A stretch of DNA of 64,000 nt from Orbicella franksi (Eukaryota). The position numbers and the translations under genes are program-made. Shown here one piece after another: positions 23,730 through 35,544 of the stretch. Every line of letters begins with the position of its first letter. Positions within the stretch are counted from its first letter, which is position 1. The stretch spans positions 5,704,001 to 5,768,000 of the forward strand of contig OZ116698.1 of NCBI GenBank assembly GCA_964199315.1, written 5' to 3'. The notes under the pieces are model-generated. The model ran no database searches, was not told the DNA's origin, and was given only the letters and a program-made list of their open reading frames with translations.

Positions 23730-24996
23730 TTCAGCGATGTCGTTAACGTTAATGGTACAAATAGGCACCGCCATGAGGGAGAAAAAAATATAAGTGTACA
23801 TTATGAATGTTAGAGAAGTTAGTCGGAGGTGAAGATTGCGTGCGTTTTCTGGATATCGAGGTGTGGGGAATTAGAAAAGGATAGCCCACACTGTCTCATC
23901 TTCACAAGATTTTATTCTTCTCGTCTTCGATTCTCGCTAGATTTCAGAACTCTTTGACTCGACTGACTGACAGATTCCTTCGACTCAAAAGCTAATTAAA
24001 TCACAAACAATTGTTTCTTATCTTCGAGGCACACCTCAGTTAAAGTACACTGATTGGTTAGATAGGAATCTTCTAGACATAAGAACAACAAAGATTTCCA
24101 GACAAACATTTCACAATCACTAATTGATATCTATGGTATTATCCTGTTTCCGACAGAGGAAAGGCGTCTTGCTTGACAGTGCCCTTGAGGGCAGCCCATG
24201 TTGTGTTTTCCTTAGAGTTCCTAGCGCTGACTTTCCTGGCTTTTTCAGCATTAAAATCACCGTGTTTATAGTGCAGGTAATATCCCCGACATCGGTAGTA
24301 TAAATCACCGGGCACTGCTTTCATCAGTAGGGTTCGTGGACTTCCCGATTTATCTGTTGCCGTCATAAAGTGGCGGAGGCCGGCCGGGGGGAGAATTGAA
24401 TGCTGTTCAGTGGGAGTGGAGCTGGCAGATTCAGTGGAGTTGTTTCCTATGGTGTCTTGCTCGCTCTCGCTGTCAGTTGATGTTCCAGGGGTCATAGATT
24501 TTTTATGGGGGCCTCCCTGTTCGTCATCACTCTGAGAGGGGGTAGGTATGTTGCGTTTGCGGCCCCTACTGGCCCTCAGCGCCATGATGGCTTTTTCCTC
24601 CTCTCGCTCGAGTTGAGCGCACCATTCGTGAATTTCCTGTTCAGTTTTGTGCTTTTTCAGCAGATTCTGTGCTCCTGCAGCAGTAGCAGAGGCATAAGAT
24701 GGTCGCTCTGGCTGGGTGAAGAGGTCAGGGGATGTAGCAGCATCCATGTCCTCATGTTGTTCACCACGGGTCCCAGGGCCTTGTTGTGGAGGGGGGCCCA
24801 GTTTGGTGCTGCTTTGGGTAATTTTTAACCACGTGCTCCGTGGACTGGCAACGGTGACACAAGCAAAGGAAATCAAACACTTACTACAGCAAAAGAAGAT
24901 CCAAGTTATCTTAACTTCGATGGATGCAGAATAGCAATTATATACCGAAACACAAATGTGGACTTTGTTCTGGACTATTGTGCAACTGGTTAATGT

Positions 24997-25185
24997 TTAA
25001 TAAATCACAACTTGCCAGAATTTTCTTACTCTCAAAATCTCAGAAAAGTGTGACCCCATTCTAGTCACCCTATAACAAATGCTTGAAGAGGCGACCCCAT
25101 TATAGTCAGTCCAGTCGTGAAAATGCGATCCCATCAAGCGGCACAGCCCCATTAGCCCATTTATAGGTAGTGCCCCCCCGATGAG
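24997..25185 (-). repeat. Dispersed repeat related to 15624-15830
   Basis: Minus strand begins GGGGGGGCACTACC...GTGCCGCT...GACTATAATGGGGTCG. Confidence 0.4.
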
Positions 25186-25787
25186 ATTATCACACCAAGG
25201 GAGACACCGCAGTGGAATCAACTTTCTGCATAACAGTAGGACTGTGATGGCATAGTCTAAAACCTGGACTGGACCCTGGACCCTGGACTCTGGACTTCAG
25301 ATTAAAAAATATAAAAAAAACAAAAAAATAAATTAATTAAACTGAAACAAAAATTAAAATTGTACAATGTTGGCACCGCAGGGTTTTTGGCACATGTGAC
25401 GTGACAGCCGTTTTCTGGAATGTCACACAACACTACCACCTCCGGGTGGGGCGAGGAAAGAGGGTACACATGCATTTTTGTCAAAGTAAAAAAATTAAAA
25501 TAAATACAAATTAAAAAAATAAAATAGGGGTTTTTGTTTATAACACAGGGTTTTTGCCTCATTATAAGATGAAAACAGAGGGGGTGGGGGTGGGGTGGAG
25601 GAAGGAGGATGCATGCACATTTTTGGCAAGTATTTTGCTTTTTGATCTATGGTGCAAAGGGGTGGATAACAGAAAACAATTGCTGATTGTTAGCGAACCG
25701 CTAAAACACATAGAAATGATTGTTGTAGGATATATTGCGACAGTTTTAATATTAAAACGTGATTATACATTAGCTTATGATTACAAT

Positions 25788-26084
25788 TAAAATGTCAGAG
25801 TGAATTAATTCCTTAAACAAATTCCACGACCAAAATTCTTGAGCAAAATCCTTTAATAACCCTGGTACATTGAGTAGACACATGACGCGTTCCGAATCGA
25901 GAAAAAATCTGAGCAAAGAATCCCGAACAACTTGAGTGAATACCGAGTTACAACATTTTTCCTTAATGACTTTATCACTACAAGTGTCAATCAATCTATT
26001 TTAAAATGCTATCCTATAGAGAAAACAAGTTCAAGAGTCACGTCATTCGATTTAAGAGCTCACGCAATGGGATCATTTATAACA
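25788..26084 (-). repeat. 3' LTR of BEL/Pao
   Basis: Near-identical direct repeat of 31652-31946. Confidence 0.92.
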
Positions 26085-26099
26085 CACCCCCCCTTGATT

Positions 26100-29000
26100 G
26101 ACCTAGTCAATCAAAGGGTCAGTCCTAAGAGATTCGTTTATCAATGTTCGACAGCGTCCGATTTAAGAACTTCTCACGACTTATACTTCATCGTTAGGAA
26201 CGAATCTGATAGCAGGTCCCTCTGTATTTGCCCTAGCATTCTGTCTGTCAGATACATCGTGACCAGAGTCCTTTGGGACTTCAACCGGATACAATTTTTG
26301 AACAGGCCGCTTGATATCTATTCCTCATCCACGAGAGAGTACTCAAACTATGGCGGCTCGAACAACTTGATCTCTTCCGATAATTAAATCTTGAACGAGG
26401 CCAATCTTCCAACTTTGGCAAGGTGTGAATTCTTCATGCACACAGACGACATCACCCTTCTTTATAACTCGTACTTGAGGTGTCTTCTTACCACAATGGT
26501 GTTCTTGAAGCTCTGTGAGGTATTCCTTGCGCCAACGATTCCAGAAGTGTTTCAAAACCGTGTGCAGGTACCTTTGGCACCTTGACCACGTTGCCAAATT
26601 ACCCTGTGCTTTGACGACTTGAGGGTTTTGTGTCGGACTGAGTAGTCTACATCCAATGCATAGCAAAGACGGTGTGAGTGGTTCTTCGAAGTCTTGAGTG
26701 ACGTAGGTCAGCGGCCAGGAATTGAGAATACCCTCGACTTCTACCAATGTTGTCTCAAATTCTTCGTAGTCAAGTCGCGACGCCCCGAGCGTCTTCTTGA
26801 GGCAACGTTTGACAGAACGTACCATACGCTCAAAGAACCCGCCCCACCATGGGGCACGTGGGACATTAAACTTCCAAGTTACGCCATTTTCCATGAGAAA
26901 GGTTTTCAAACTTGAACCCTTGAAGGTCTTTCCATTGTCTGAGATGACGAACTGTGGCAGTCCCCTTCTGAAAATGAACCGCTTGAAGCATCTCACGAAT
27001 GAAGATGTTGACAGATCTGGCACGATCTCGAGGTGAATCACGCGAGATGACGCACAAGTGAAAATTGCGATGTACGCCTTGTTACTTCTTTTGCTTCTTG
27101 AGTAGACATCCCTTACATATACCGGTCCGGCAAAGTCAACTCCGATCCTACCAAAGGCAAAGTCATCGGAGACTCTGAAGTCTGGAAGCGGTGGTTGGGA
27201 AGGTGCACTGTATGCCAGCCCCTCGAGCTTCTTACAAGTTGCATATCAGGAGATTATGTCACAAACCGCTTGTCGGCCCTTGATTGTTCAAAATTTTGAA
27301 TGTAGGTCGGTCAGAGTGTCCTTCACGCCATTATGCATTACGTTGCTGTGATGGCGGTTAATTATTAACTCGGTCACATGATACTTCCTAGGTAGAATTG
27401 CAGGGAATTGCCCTGCATATGGCTAGGGGGCATTCTGAAGCCTTCCTCCACATCTGAGAACTCCTTTATCATCTTCGAATAGACCCAATGATACTTGTAT
27501 CTGGTCAAACTTGTCCTCTGCCTTCACTAGCTTCTGAACATGCCTTATCCACAGGTTTTCAGCTTCTTCCAATTCGTCTAGTTTGACATCCAAAGAACAC
27601 CCTTGCGGTTGAGGTACTGCCGTCAAGCTCTTTTTATGAAACGCAGTACGTAACACGTTATCCGAACGAGCTTGAAGAAATCACTGTGATCTTGAGGGCG
27701 TATTACGTTTTCCAGTCATTCCACTGAGGCGGCAGCAACATTGGTCGTTACTTCACTTATCTTCTTAACTTCACTGAGATCACTCGACTCCATGTTTAAC
27801 GAGCCAAAGTTCTTTCGCTTCGGCCTGGACGCTTCCTCTTTCTTTAGAAAGTCTGGGCCTTCCCACCATTTCTTGTCCTTTAGTTCAGATGCCTTGCATC
27901 CACGAGAGGCAATGTCAGCAGGATTCTGAAGAGGGAACGTGTCTCCACTTTTCTGGGGAAGCTAACTCTCGAATTTCTCTGACTCTGTTTTGGTCGAAGG
28001 TCTTGAATTCCTTTCCCGTCCCAGCGATCCACCAAAGTGCTATTTCTGAATCCAACCAGCAATACGTCTTGCTTATCTTGAGAGTTGGCTGAAGAGCTTG
28101 ATAAACACTCTTTATTAAACTTGCAAGCACTAGCGCTGACAAGAGTTCCACTCGAGGCGTGGTTGCTCCGGTGATGGGGGCTACTCTTGTCCTTGAGGCA
28201 ACGATTTTGCATTCGACTGAGCTTCCTGATACAATTCTCTAGCAGACAACGGCGCCATAAGCTTTGTCTGATCCATCCCCAAATCCGCGAAGGTCAATTG
28301 TGCATTCTTCGATACAGTTCAGTTTAGAGAGGTAACACCTTTCGATCGAGATCCTTGACACTCTTTGGATGTCTTCAAGGAGAGCTTTCCATGACTAGCG
28401 GCATTTTCATCCAAGGGGGACTCCCAGTCCACTTGTACTTTGCATAGGCTTTGAAACATAATCTTGAGTGCTGTTAAGATTGGGGAAAGGATTCCGAGGG
28501 GGTCAAAAATCTTTGCTATTGAGCTGAGGACGACTCGCTTGGTGACAATCTGTTCTTCAAGGTAGATGGTGAGTCCTTCAAATGAAAACACAAGGTGATC
28601 CTTTTCTGTATCCCAGGCTGTCCCAAGCACCTTCGGAAGCTCTTCACTTGTCTGGCGATGAAACTGTGACTTTGAGAAGGTTTGATCATGTTGTAGTTCA
28701 ATAGCGGGGTGTAGCTCTGATTGGCCTTCACACTGTATCCTCGATGCTAAGTCCTGATTGTTGGTTAACCATTTGTGCATGTTGAATCCTCCTTCCTTAA
28801 ATCTGGACTTGAGCTTCAGGTAGAATTCGTAAGCAGAGGCTCCATTTGGGCGAGATGATGCCAAGTTGTCTACGTAGAGAGACCGCAGGACATCTTCCAT
28901 GAAGTCTGGATCGCTAGAGGCATAAAAACTCAGATGGTGACGTATTGTCGCGTTCAGGAGAAAAGGGCTTGAATTCACTCCAAAAACTACTCTTGCGAAG

Positions 29001-31579
29001 CGCATCACAACCAGCTGAGGGTTATCCTTTAGGATATCATCAATCCACAGGAACCAGAGATGCGGTGCTCTGGGCGATTCCAACATTCAAGAAGGCCTTC
29101 TCTATATCGGCGGTAAGTGCAACCTTGTGAGCTCGAAATCTGGCTAGGACTTCAAAGATCAAAGGATTGAGGGGTGGTCCTGAGTAGAGGCAATCGTTTA
29201 GGCTCAGCCCATTTCGCTTCGTGGAGGCGTCAAACAACGCGGATCTTGGTGGTCTCCTTTTCCATTCTGATTACTTCTCTGTGAGGCAGGTAATGTACTC
29301 TCCCTGCATCTGGTTCCCTTTCTGAAGTGACGGCTTCAATGATATTGTTCCTTAGTTGATCACGAATTATTTCGTTGTAATGTTCGAGGACTTGCGGCTT
29401 TGACTTGAGCCTCTGTAGGAGGGATCCTAATCTTCGTTTGCTCAGTTGATAGTTGTCCGGTAGAACAGGATGGAATTCCTTGAATGGCAGCTTTACTTCG
29501 TATCTTTCTCCATCGTGTCTGATATCTGTGATGAACTTCTCATAGACCGTTGGTTTGTTCTCCTTGATTCCTAGTGTTTCGAGGTCCCAGAATTGTTTCA
29601 CCTGGTGATCGAGTGAGATCTCCTCATCACACACACTGGCAGAGATTTCAAGTACATGCGTTTCTGTCAGATTAACTGTGGAATCCTCTTGACAAGGAAC
29701 TGGAATGTTCACTGGGCCAGATAAAATATAACCGAGTCTAGTGGATAGTGCTACAGGTCCTGGTTCTGGGCCACGAATGGTAATTCCGTTGACGAAATGC
29801 CAGTAGAAATCTGCTCCAATTAAGAGGTCGATGTTCAATTCGTCAGTGCCCTGCATGTTGTCGGCCAACTCCAAGCACTGCAGGTGGGGATAACTTGCTT
29901 GCGTGAACTCAATCATCTGATTACTCACTGGGGTACATATGAGTGGGACCACATACGCAGTAACATAAATGGGCATGCCATCTGTCGTTCCCACTGCCAG
30001 TTGAGCTATGTCACAATGTCTTAGCTTAGGCGTGGATTCTCCAAACGTCTTAATCATCAGACTGTCTCGTCCAGAGACTGGAAGATGTAGAGCTTTCTGT
30101 AGACCCTCTGTTATGTAACTTCTCTGACTACCACTGTCAAAGATCAATCTTGCATTAACGGTGACGTCATGACCAGCTGGGTTGAAGATATTCGCTCTCG
30201 CAGTTTGAAGGAGAATGCTGTTCTTCATGATGAACATGCTTGTAGTTGGAGCTTGCACAGATGAATTCTGAATTCCTTGATTTCCTCCTCCGCTGGTGTT
30301 CCATTTCGAATTGCCACCAGCCGATTTTTGAGCTTCACATATAGAGGGGTGATGACCCCTAAGTCCGCATAAATGACAGTTTTTGTCACTGCTGCAATGA
30401 CTCGCCAAGTGCCCTGACCGCAGACATTTGAAACATTTTCCCTTTTGCCGAATAAATTGCTTTCGGGCTGCAACGTTCGTGACAACGGTGCAATTCGACG
30501 AGGGATGCTGACCTCTACAGTATGTGCACCAAGGACCCTGTCGTGACTGCGTGTTGCCATTCATGAACAGAGCAGATGTTGTTGGCGGTGAATCAAACGG
30601 CCCTCCTCGCATAGGTGGATTTAGAGCACGAGGCTCTCTAGTGTTGACAGATCCTGGATAAAACTGGCATTTTTCACGAAGTTGTAATTCCTTACGAAAG
30701 ATCTCCAACATTGGCTGTAGATTCCACTCTTCGGATGTGAGATTTCTTGTTATCGTTACCTGCAAATCCTCTGGGATCTTTGACATGATAACCGGAGAAA
30801 GAAAACTCCCATACGTTTCTGCTCCAATTCCAATGTTTTGAAGGCTTCGAACATGCGACTCGAGCTTGTCATAGATATCTCGTAGCTTCTTCATTTCACT
30901 AATTGAAGTTGCCGCAGGCAATTTTAACAAGGCTTCCATGTGGGCAGAGATAACGACTTGCTTATTTCCATACCTTTCTTCCAGCAAACGGACCGCCTCC
31001 TTATAATTTATCTCCTGTGAGAGAAAATCCACTTATTGTGTTCGCTGCTTGGCCTTGAATCAAAGATTTCAAGTAGTTGAACTTATTCACATTGCTTATG
31101 CTTGAGTTCTGATGAACTGCTGAATTAAACAAATCCCAGAATGGCGCCCATTCCACCGGATTGCCATAAAACTTTTTTAATTCCAATTTCGGAAGCTTTG
31201 TGGGAACACTGCCAATAGCTGGAGTGACTAGTTGACTTGGAATGGATCCAGCATCAGAGGGTTGAGTTTCTTTCCCACTTTTTACTCTTGCGGAGCACAC
31301 AGCCTCGATATCTGCAATGCACTCATAAACAGACGAGGCGAATTCGCAGCTGTCAGCTACTTTTTGATGGATAGATTCCTCTTTTGTTTCATCAGCGATT
31401 TCACAATCCAGACCCTTGATTTCAGCAAGCTTGTCTCGTAGAATAGATTGAAGGGACTTCAGCTTTTTTAAATCCGCTTGATCTCCAGAATTGATGAGTG
31501 CCCTTGCATCGGTGATAGTCTTTGTCACGTATCCCTTGTGACCAGCACGCACTCTAACTTTCCTCTTTAAATCCGTCAT
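26100..31579 (-). pseudogene. gag-pol: BEL/Pao gag-pol polyprotein, frameshifted
   Basis: LPKLELKKFYGNPVEWAPFWD (DUF1759); three CCHC knuckles; LIFDSGSQRSYI protease; [18 protein letters not shown] and YVDN (RT); [11 protein letters not shown] (RNase H); ISDNG and PWWGGFFERMV (integrase). Confidence 0.95.
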
Positions 31580-31651
31580 TTCTCTTCTTTGGCAAACTTG
31601 CCTCAGACCATGACTGTTTTCCTTCGAGAGATTCCCTGGTCTCGGCACAAG

Positions 31652-31946
31652 TAAAATGTCAGAGTGAATTAATTCCTTAAACAAATTCCACGACCAAAAT
31701 TCTTGAGCAAAATCCTTTAATAACCCTGGTACATTGAGTAGACACATGACGCGTTCCAAATCGAGAAAAAATCTGAGCAAAGAATCCTGAACAACTTGAG
31801 TGAATACCGAGTTACAACATTTTTCCTTAATGACTTTATCGCTACGAGTGTCAATCAATCTATTTTTAAATGCTATCCTATAGAGAAAACAAGTACGAGA
31901 GTCATCATTCGATTTAAGAGCTCACGCAATGAGATCATTTATAACA
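31652..31946 (-). repeat. 5' LTR of BEL/Pao
   Basis: Direct repeat of 25788-26084. Confidence 0.92.
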
Positions 31947-32393
31947 ACAATATTTACCAGTACACATGCTCTGGGTGTGAACTGAACAATTTTCTTTATT
32001 GTAGTAACTACCTCTTCTCCGCATGCACCAGTTTAAACAGAACAACCGTGACATTTCTATTACCCGTACAACAAAAATTGTTTATCTTTCAAGGTAAATG
32101 GAATTAGGGAGTGTTTCCTATAACCCAGAAAGCTATCAGTAAGGGAAGTGACGCCCCCAACAACTCCTGATAAAATATCAAATCATTCTAGAATTATATT
32201 CAAAAATGTTCATTCCATTATGTATAGCATGACGACCTGGAAAAGACTTAAAGAGCTTTGCAAGGTTCATATTTTCAAATTAAGAATAAACAGTTTTGAT
32301 GGCATCGGCTGTAAAAGTACCAACTGGCATTTTAATGCCTTCTTTCCCTCCCCTCCTTAACCCCCTTAACACACACGTGCTCAAGTGACTAGA

Positions 32394-35300
32394 CTAGATC
32401 GACATTTCCAATTCTTGTGGCAGGTGCTGGTTGTGCACTGGCAACAGGTGAGGACAGAGGACACTTGGAATTATCACAAGAAAGGGCAGAAAAGCTGCTT
32501 GCATAGCTCGTACGTATTCCATGTGGCAATGAAAATTCACGTTTGACGGGCTACCCCGCTTCTGAACACCGTTTTGCCAGTAGGGCCACCTCATGGCCAT
32601 GATAATCATGAGGTCATTTGGGACTGGTGGAATATGGCACTGATCATCTCCTTGTTGCATTTTTAACAACTGGCTGCAACTGTAGCATTTTTTAACTGAC
32701 TGATGGCAAAATTGGAGAAGGCCAAGTTGGAAGGCATCCTTTTGCATTTTTGGAGGGGACAATGTTGTTTTATCCGCCAGAGACGCATTTGGTGGAGCTG
32801 CACTTGTCGACGGAACCTGTTTATGTTTTAAGATGGCGTTAGTTCGACCTTTATACCGGTATGTAAATTATTTTTGTTGCTTTTTTAACAAACGATAAAG
32901 GGGCTTAATAGGGCACTTTTATGTGCCCTAATAGAACGACAACCTTGGGGGTCATTCCATCTTGGTCGGGTGGGAGGGGGGGTTCTTGTAAGTCCCCGGT
33001 TTAGTGTGAATTACCAGAAATATTGCTAACGCTCCCGACTAAAAGCAATAGTCCTTACGGTACCAAAATGTACTCTTTCATCGTTTGGTGGGCGAGACCG
33101 ACTGCTGCTATCAGCTCCAGTTGACACCACTGTGGTGGCCGCATTAACGAGAGATACGGTACATTTAAAAGCTCACCTGTGTTTTTGTTCCTGTCTGAGT
33201 ATGTGAGACGCTCGAATCTGTGGATGCTGTGGCAATGGCAGGCCGGCTGTTGTGGTCAATATACCCTTCGACAATGGTCTTCGCTCTTTTGTTGCTATTG
33301 ACGGATTCCTTTCGCACGTGGGTCGATTTTGTTCGCTTGGTTCCGTGACCTGCTGGCAAGTCCATCTGGGAAAGCGTTGAAAGGCTTGTGGGTTTTTGTT
33401 TGTTTAAGTTTTACCAACTGATGAATGTTTGCGTTTTGTCCTCCAGCTCTGCTACAGCTATGGTATGTGCGCACAAGCTGTAAGCCGTATAGTGGATGCA
33501 GTTACTGTCGCATATGTAGTAAGACCCCAAACGCCTGGACGTTTTGGTCTTAACAGCGTGGGGAGGGCCTCATTCAGATTCGACATAATGTTCTGGAACT
33601 GCATTCGCCCCAGGTGCTGCGACAATGGCTTCTTTGCGTCCAATAAGAACACCAGCTTTTTGGAAAATTTGTATCAAGACTGTAAACAGAACACGAACAA
33701 TTCCGCTTTCTCGCACAGTGATGCATAATGGATTGTTTTTGTCGTCTTCATCGTCATCTTCATTTGGCAATACTTCCTGTGGTGCTTTTACGCCTTCACT
33801 GGAGAATTTCTTTAGTACAGCTTGCTTTTGCGCTTGTGATTTGCGATAAAAGACGGTCTCAGGAACCGCAAGGTTAACATACATTGTATCTAGTTTTAAA
33901 TCTCCAATGCCAAGTAAGGCCAGCTCCTCCTCTGTTCTCTGTTGTTGTACTGTTTTTTTAAGCAGACGAATACAGCCAGGTAAGGACAGCTGCTCCTTTC
34001 CAGTGACGGCTTTTTCCCTTTGTGAGACCGAGTTCATACATTCGTTTCCGTTTTGGTTGTAGACACCTGGTGGAAATCCAAGGCCGGACATTGAACGAAC
34101 ATCTGCTGTCATGGTCTTTTTTATCGGTTCTGCCTTGTATTTCATAAAATAGTTCAAGAAACATTTGCCTTGAGGATGGCAACTCTTCCACTCCGCAGTC
34201 ATTGCCAGGAGCTTTTCATCGAACTTGTCAGGTGTCAAACAATCTATTAATCCGGGTTGCTTATCTACTTTTCAGACAAAGGCGTTTTCAGGATCCCTGG
34301 CATCTTCCTTTAGCATTTGTATAAGTTCTATGAATTCATTGCCCTCGTTTTGTTGGTTTTTCTGCGTATATTTTTCACCTGCTTTAAATCACGTGCATGC
34401 CTGCCAGCCGACTTTATCTGCATAATTCCACCACTTTCTTCCAGGGTCTGATGAAAAACTTCTTTCGATGAATGACTTTCCGCCAGTTGTTGCACTCTTT
34501 CTTTCGTAGTTTGCGAAGTGCGGTAGTATGGTCTGCTACCCTTGCTGTTGCCATACATCTTAACTTTGACTTCCTGCTCCGCATCATCAAAGAAGTACTG
34601 CACCAAAGCCAGGCTATGTTGCTTTCCATTCCAAACTAAATTCGTAACTGAGAATCTCAAATTCCTTTTTTCTTGGTTATTGTTGTACTGTAATGCAAGA
34701 TGTTGGGGTTCGAGTCTGTAGGGAAGGGATATGGCAAATAACAAATGTAAAATGGTGAGACTGGGAATAGGAGTTTCCCTACATAACAATAGTAGTGTAA
34801 AGTTCTTCTAGGCCTCCGATAATTTGCGTACAGTATACAGACATATAATAAGGGTACCAACCTCTCAAATGTATAAGTAGTCGATGTAACTTGGAATCGC
34901 TTTGATTTCGAGAAAACGATCGCATGCACCGGTAGACACCAGCGAGGCCAGACGTTGCCTCTGTGACTTTGGTGACTGCTCTTGTCTTGGTAGCTTCTCT
35001 GAAGTAATAGGTGTTAGTACCTGTTCCATGCCAGGCACCCATGTCGTCTGCTAACAGACACTTTACATTCCTTACATGTGGTGCCTCCACATCAACAAAC
35101 AATACATTTCTTGATATAGAGGAAGGAACAGCCTTCGCCACTCTCCATGTATCGATGTCCTTGTCAAGAAGGATGCCTACAGCTTCTTCTGTGGTGATCC
35201 CGCTTCGCCGGTCCATTGAATAAACTGGTAGCATCGGATTGTCGTTCCAGCTAACTACAGAGTCTTCATCATTTTCCTCCGTTATCACATGTAAAACATT
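32394..35300 (-). pseudogene. Second Mutator (MULE)-like transposase remnant, internally deleted
   Basis: ADDMGAW.GTG; ALVQYFFD...GNSKGSRPYYRT; GLGFPPGVYNQNGNECMNS; C-terminal CYSC...NVNFHC domain. The central DDE region is not seen. Confidence 0.6.
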
Positions 35301-35447
35301 GCGACCCTGTAAGTAGTATAGCACAGCGATATATACGAACTGACCAATGACAGGACCCCATTCAATACATGTGACACATATCAACCAATCACAACACTTG
35401 GATTTTACACGTGACTTTTAATAGAGAACAATGGGCTACGTGACAAC

Positions 35448-35515
35448 TTCTCATAACCTAATTCCTAAAAAGTGTTCACAGTTCTCATAACCTAATTCGT
35501 AAAAAGTGTTCACAG
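35448..35515. repeat. 34-bp tandem repeat, 2 copies, near the left edge of the viral element
   Basis: TTCTCATAACCTAATTC(C/G)TAAAAAGTGTTCACAG twice, 1 mismatch. Confidence 0.85.
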
Positions 35516-35544
35516 TTCATTCTCAGTCATTCTTTCAAAGTTCT

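Larger units (their letters stand above)
16800..24900 (-). mobile_element. Tx1-clade LINE (ORF1 with CCHC knuckle; ORF2 endonuclease and tower, RT lost), carrying two nested DNA transposons
   Basis: CHRCQSTEHVVKN knuckle (about 24820-24860); TINVN, LQETHL, INVYAPN, GAFNC and SDH motifs; RGVWKFN joins across the ISL2EU insertion; RSKEQWTELGEKP.RYF (16996-17238). Confidence 0.85.
25788..31946 (-). mobile_element. BEL/Pao LTR retrotransposon, full length, decayed
   Basis: LTRs of about 296 bp; 5-bp TSD ACAAT (25783-25787, 31947-31951); PBS-like TTGTGCCGAGACCAGG; polypurine tract at about 26085-26095; gag-PR-RT-RH-IN order. Confidence 0.95.

Noticed and set aside
25262-25300. GGACCCT 7-mer tandem run as a telomere or functional array
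   Set aside because: Only about 5 degenerate units; not a TTAGGG-type repeat; likely part of a dispersed repeat.
31001-31858. The 285-aa ORF from 31858 as the gag start
   Set aside because: Its first about 90 codons run through the LTR (same text as ORF 25770-25994); the likely gag start is the ATG at 31579.
35448-35515. 34-bp direct repeats as a CRISPR array
   Set aside because: Only two head-to-tail copies with no spacer, no cas genes and a eukaryotic context.
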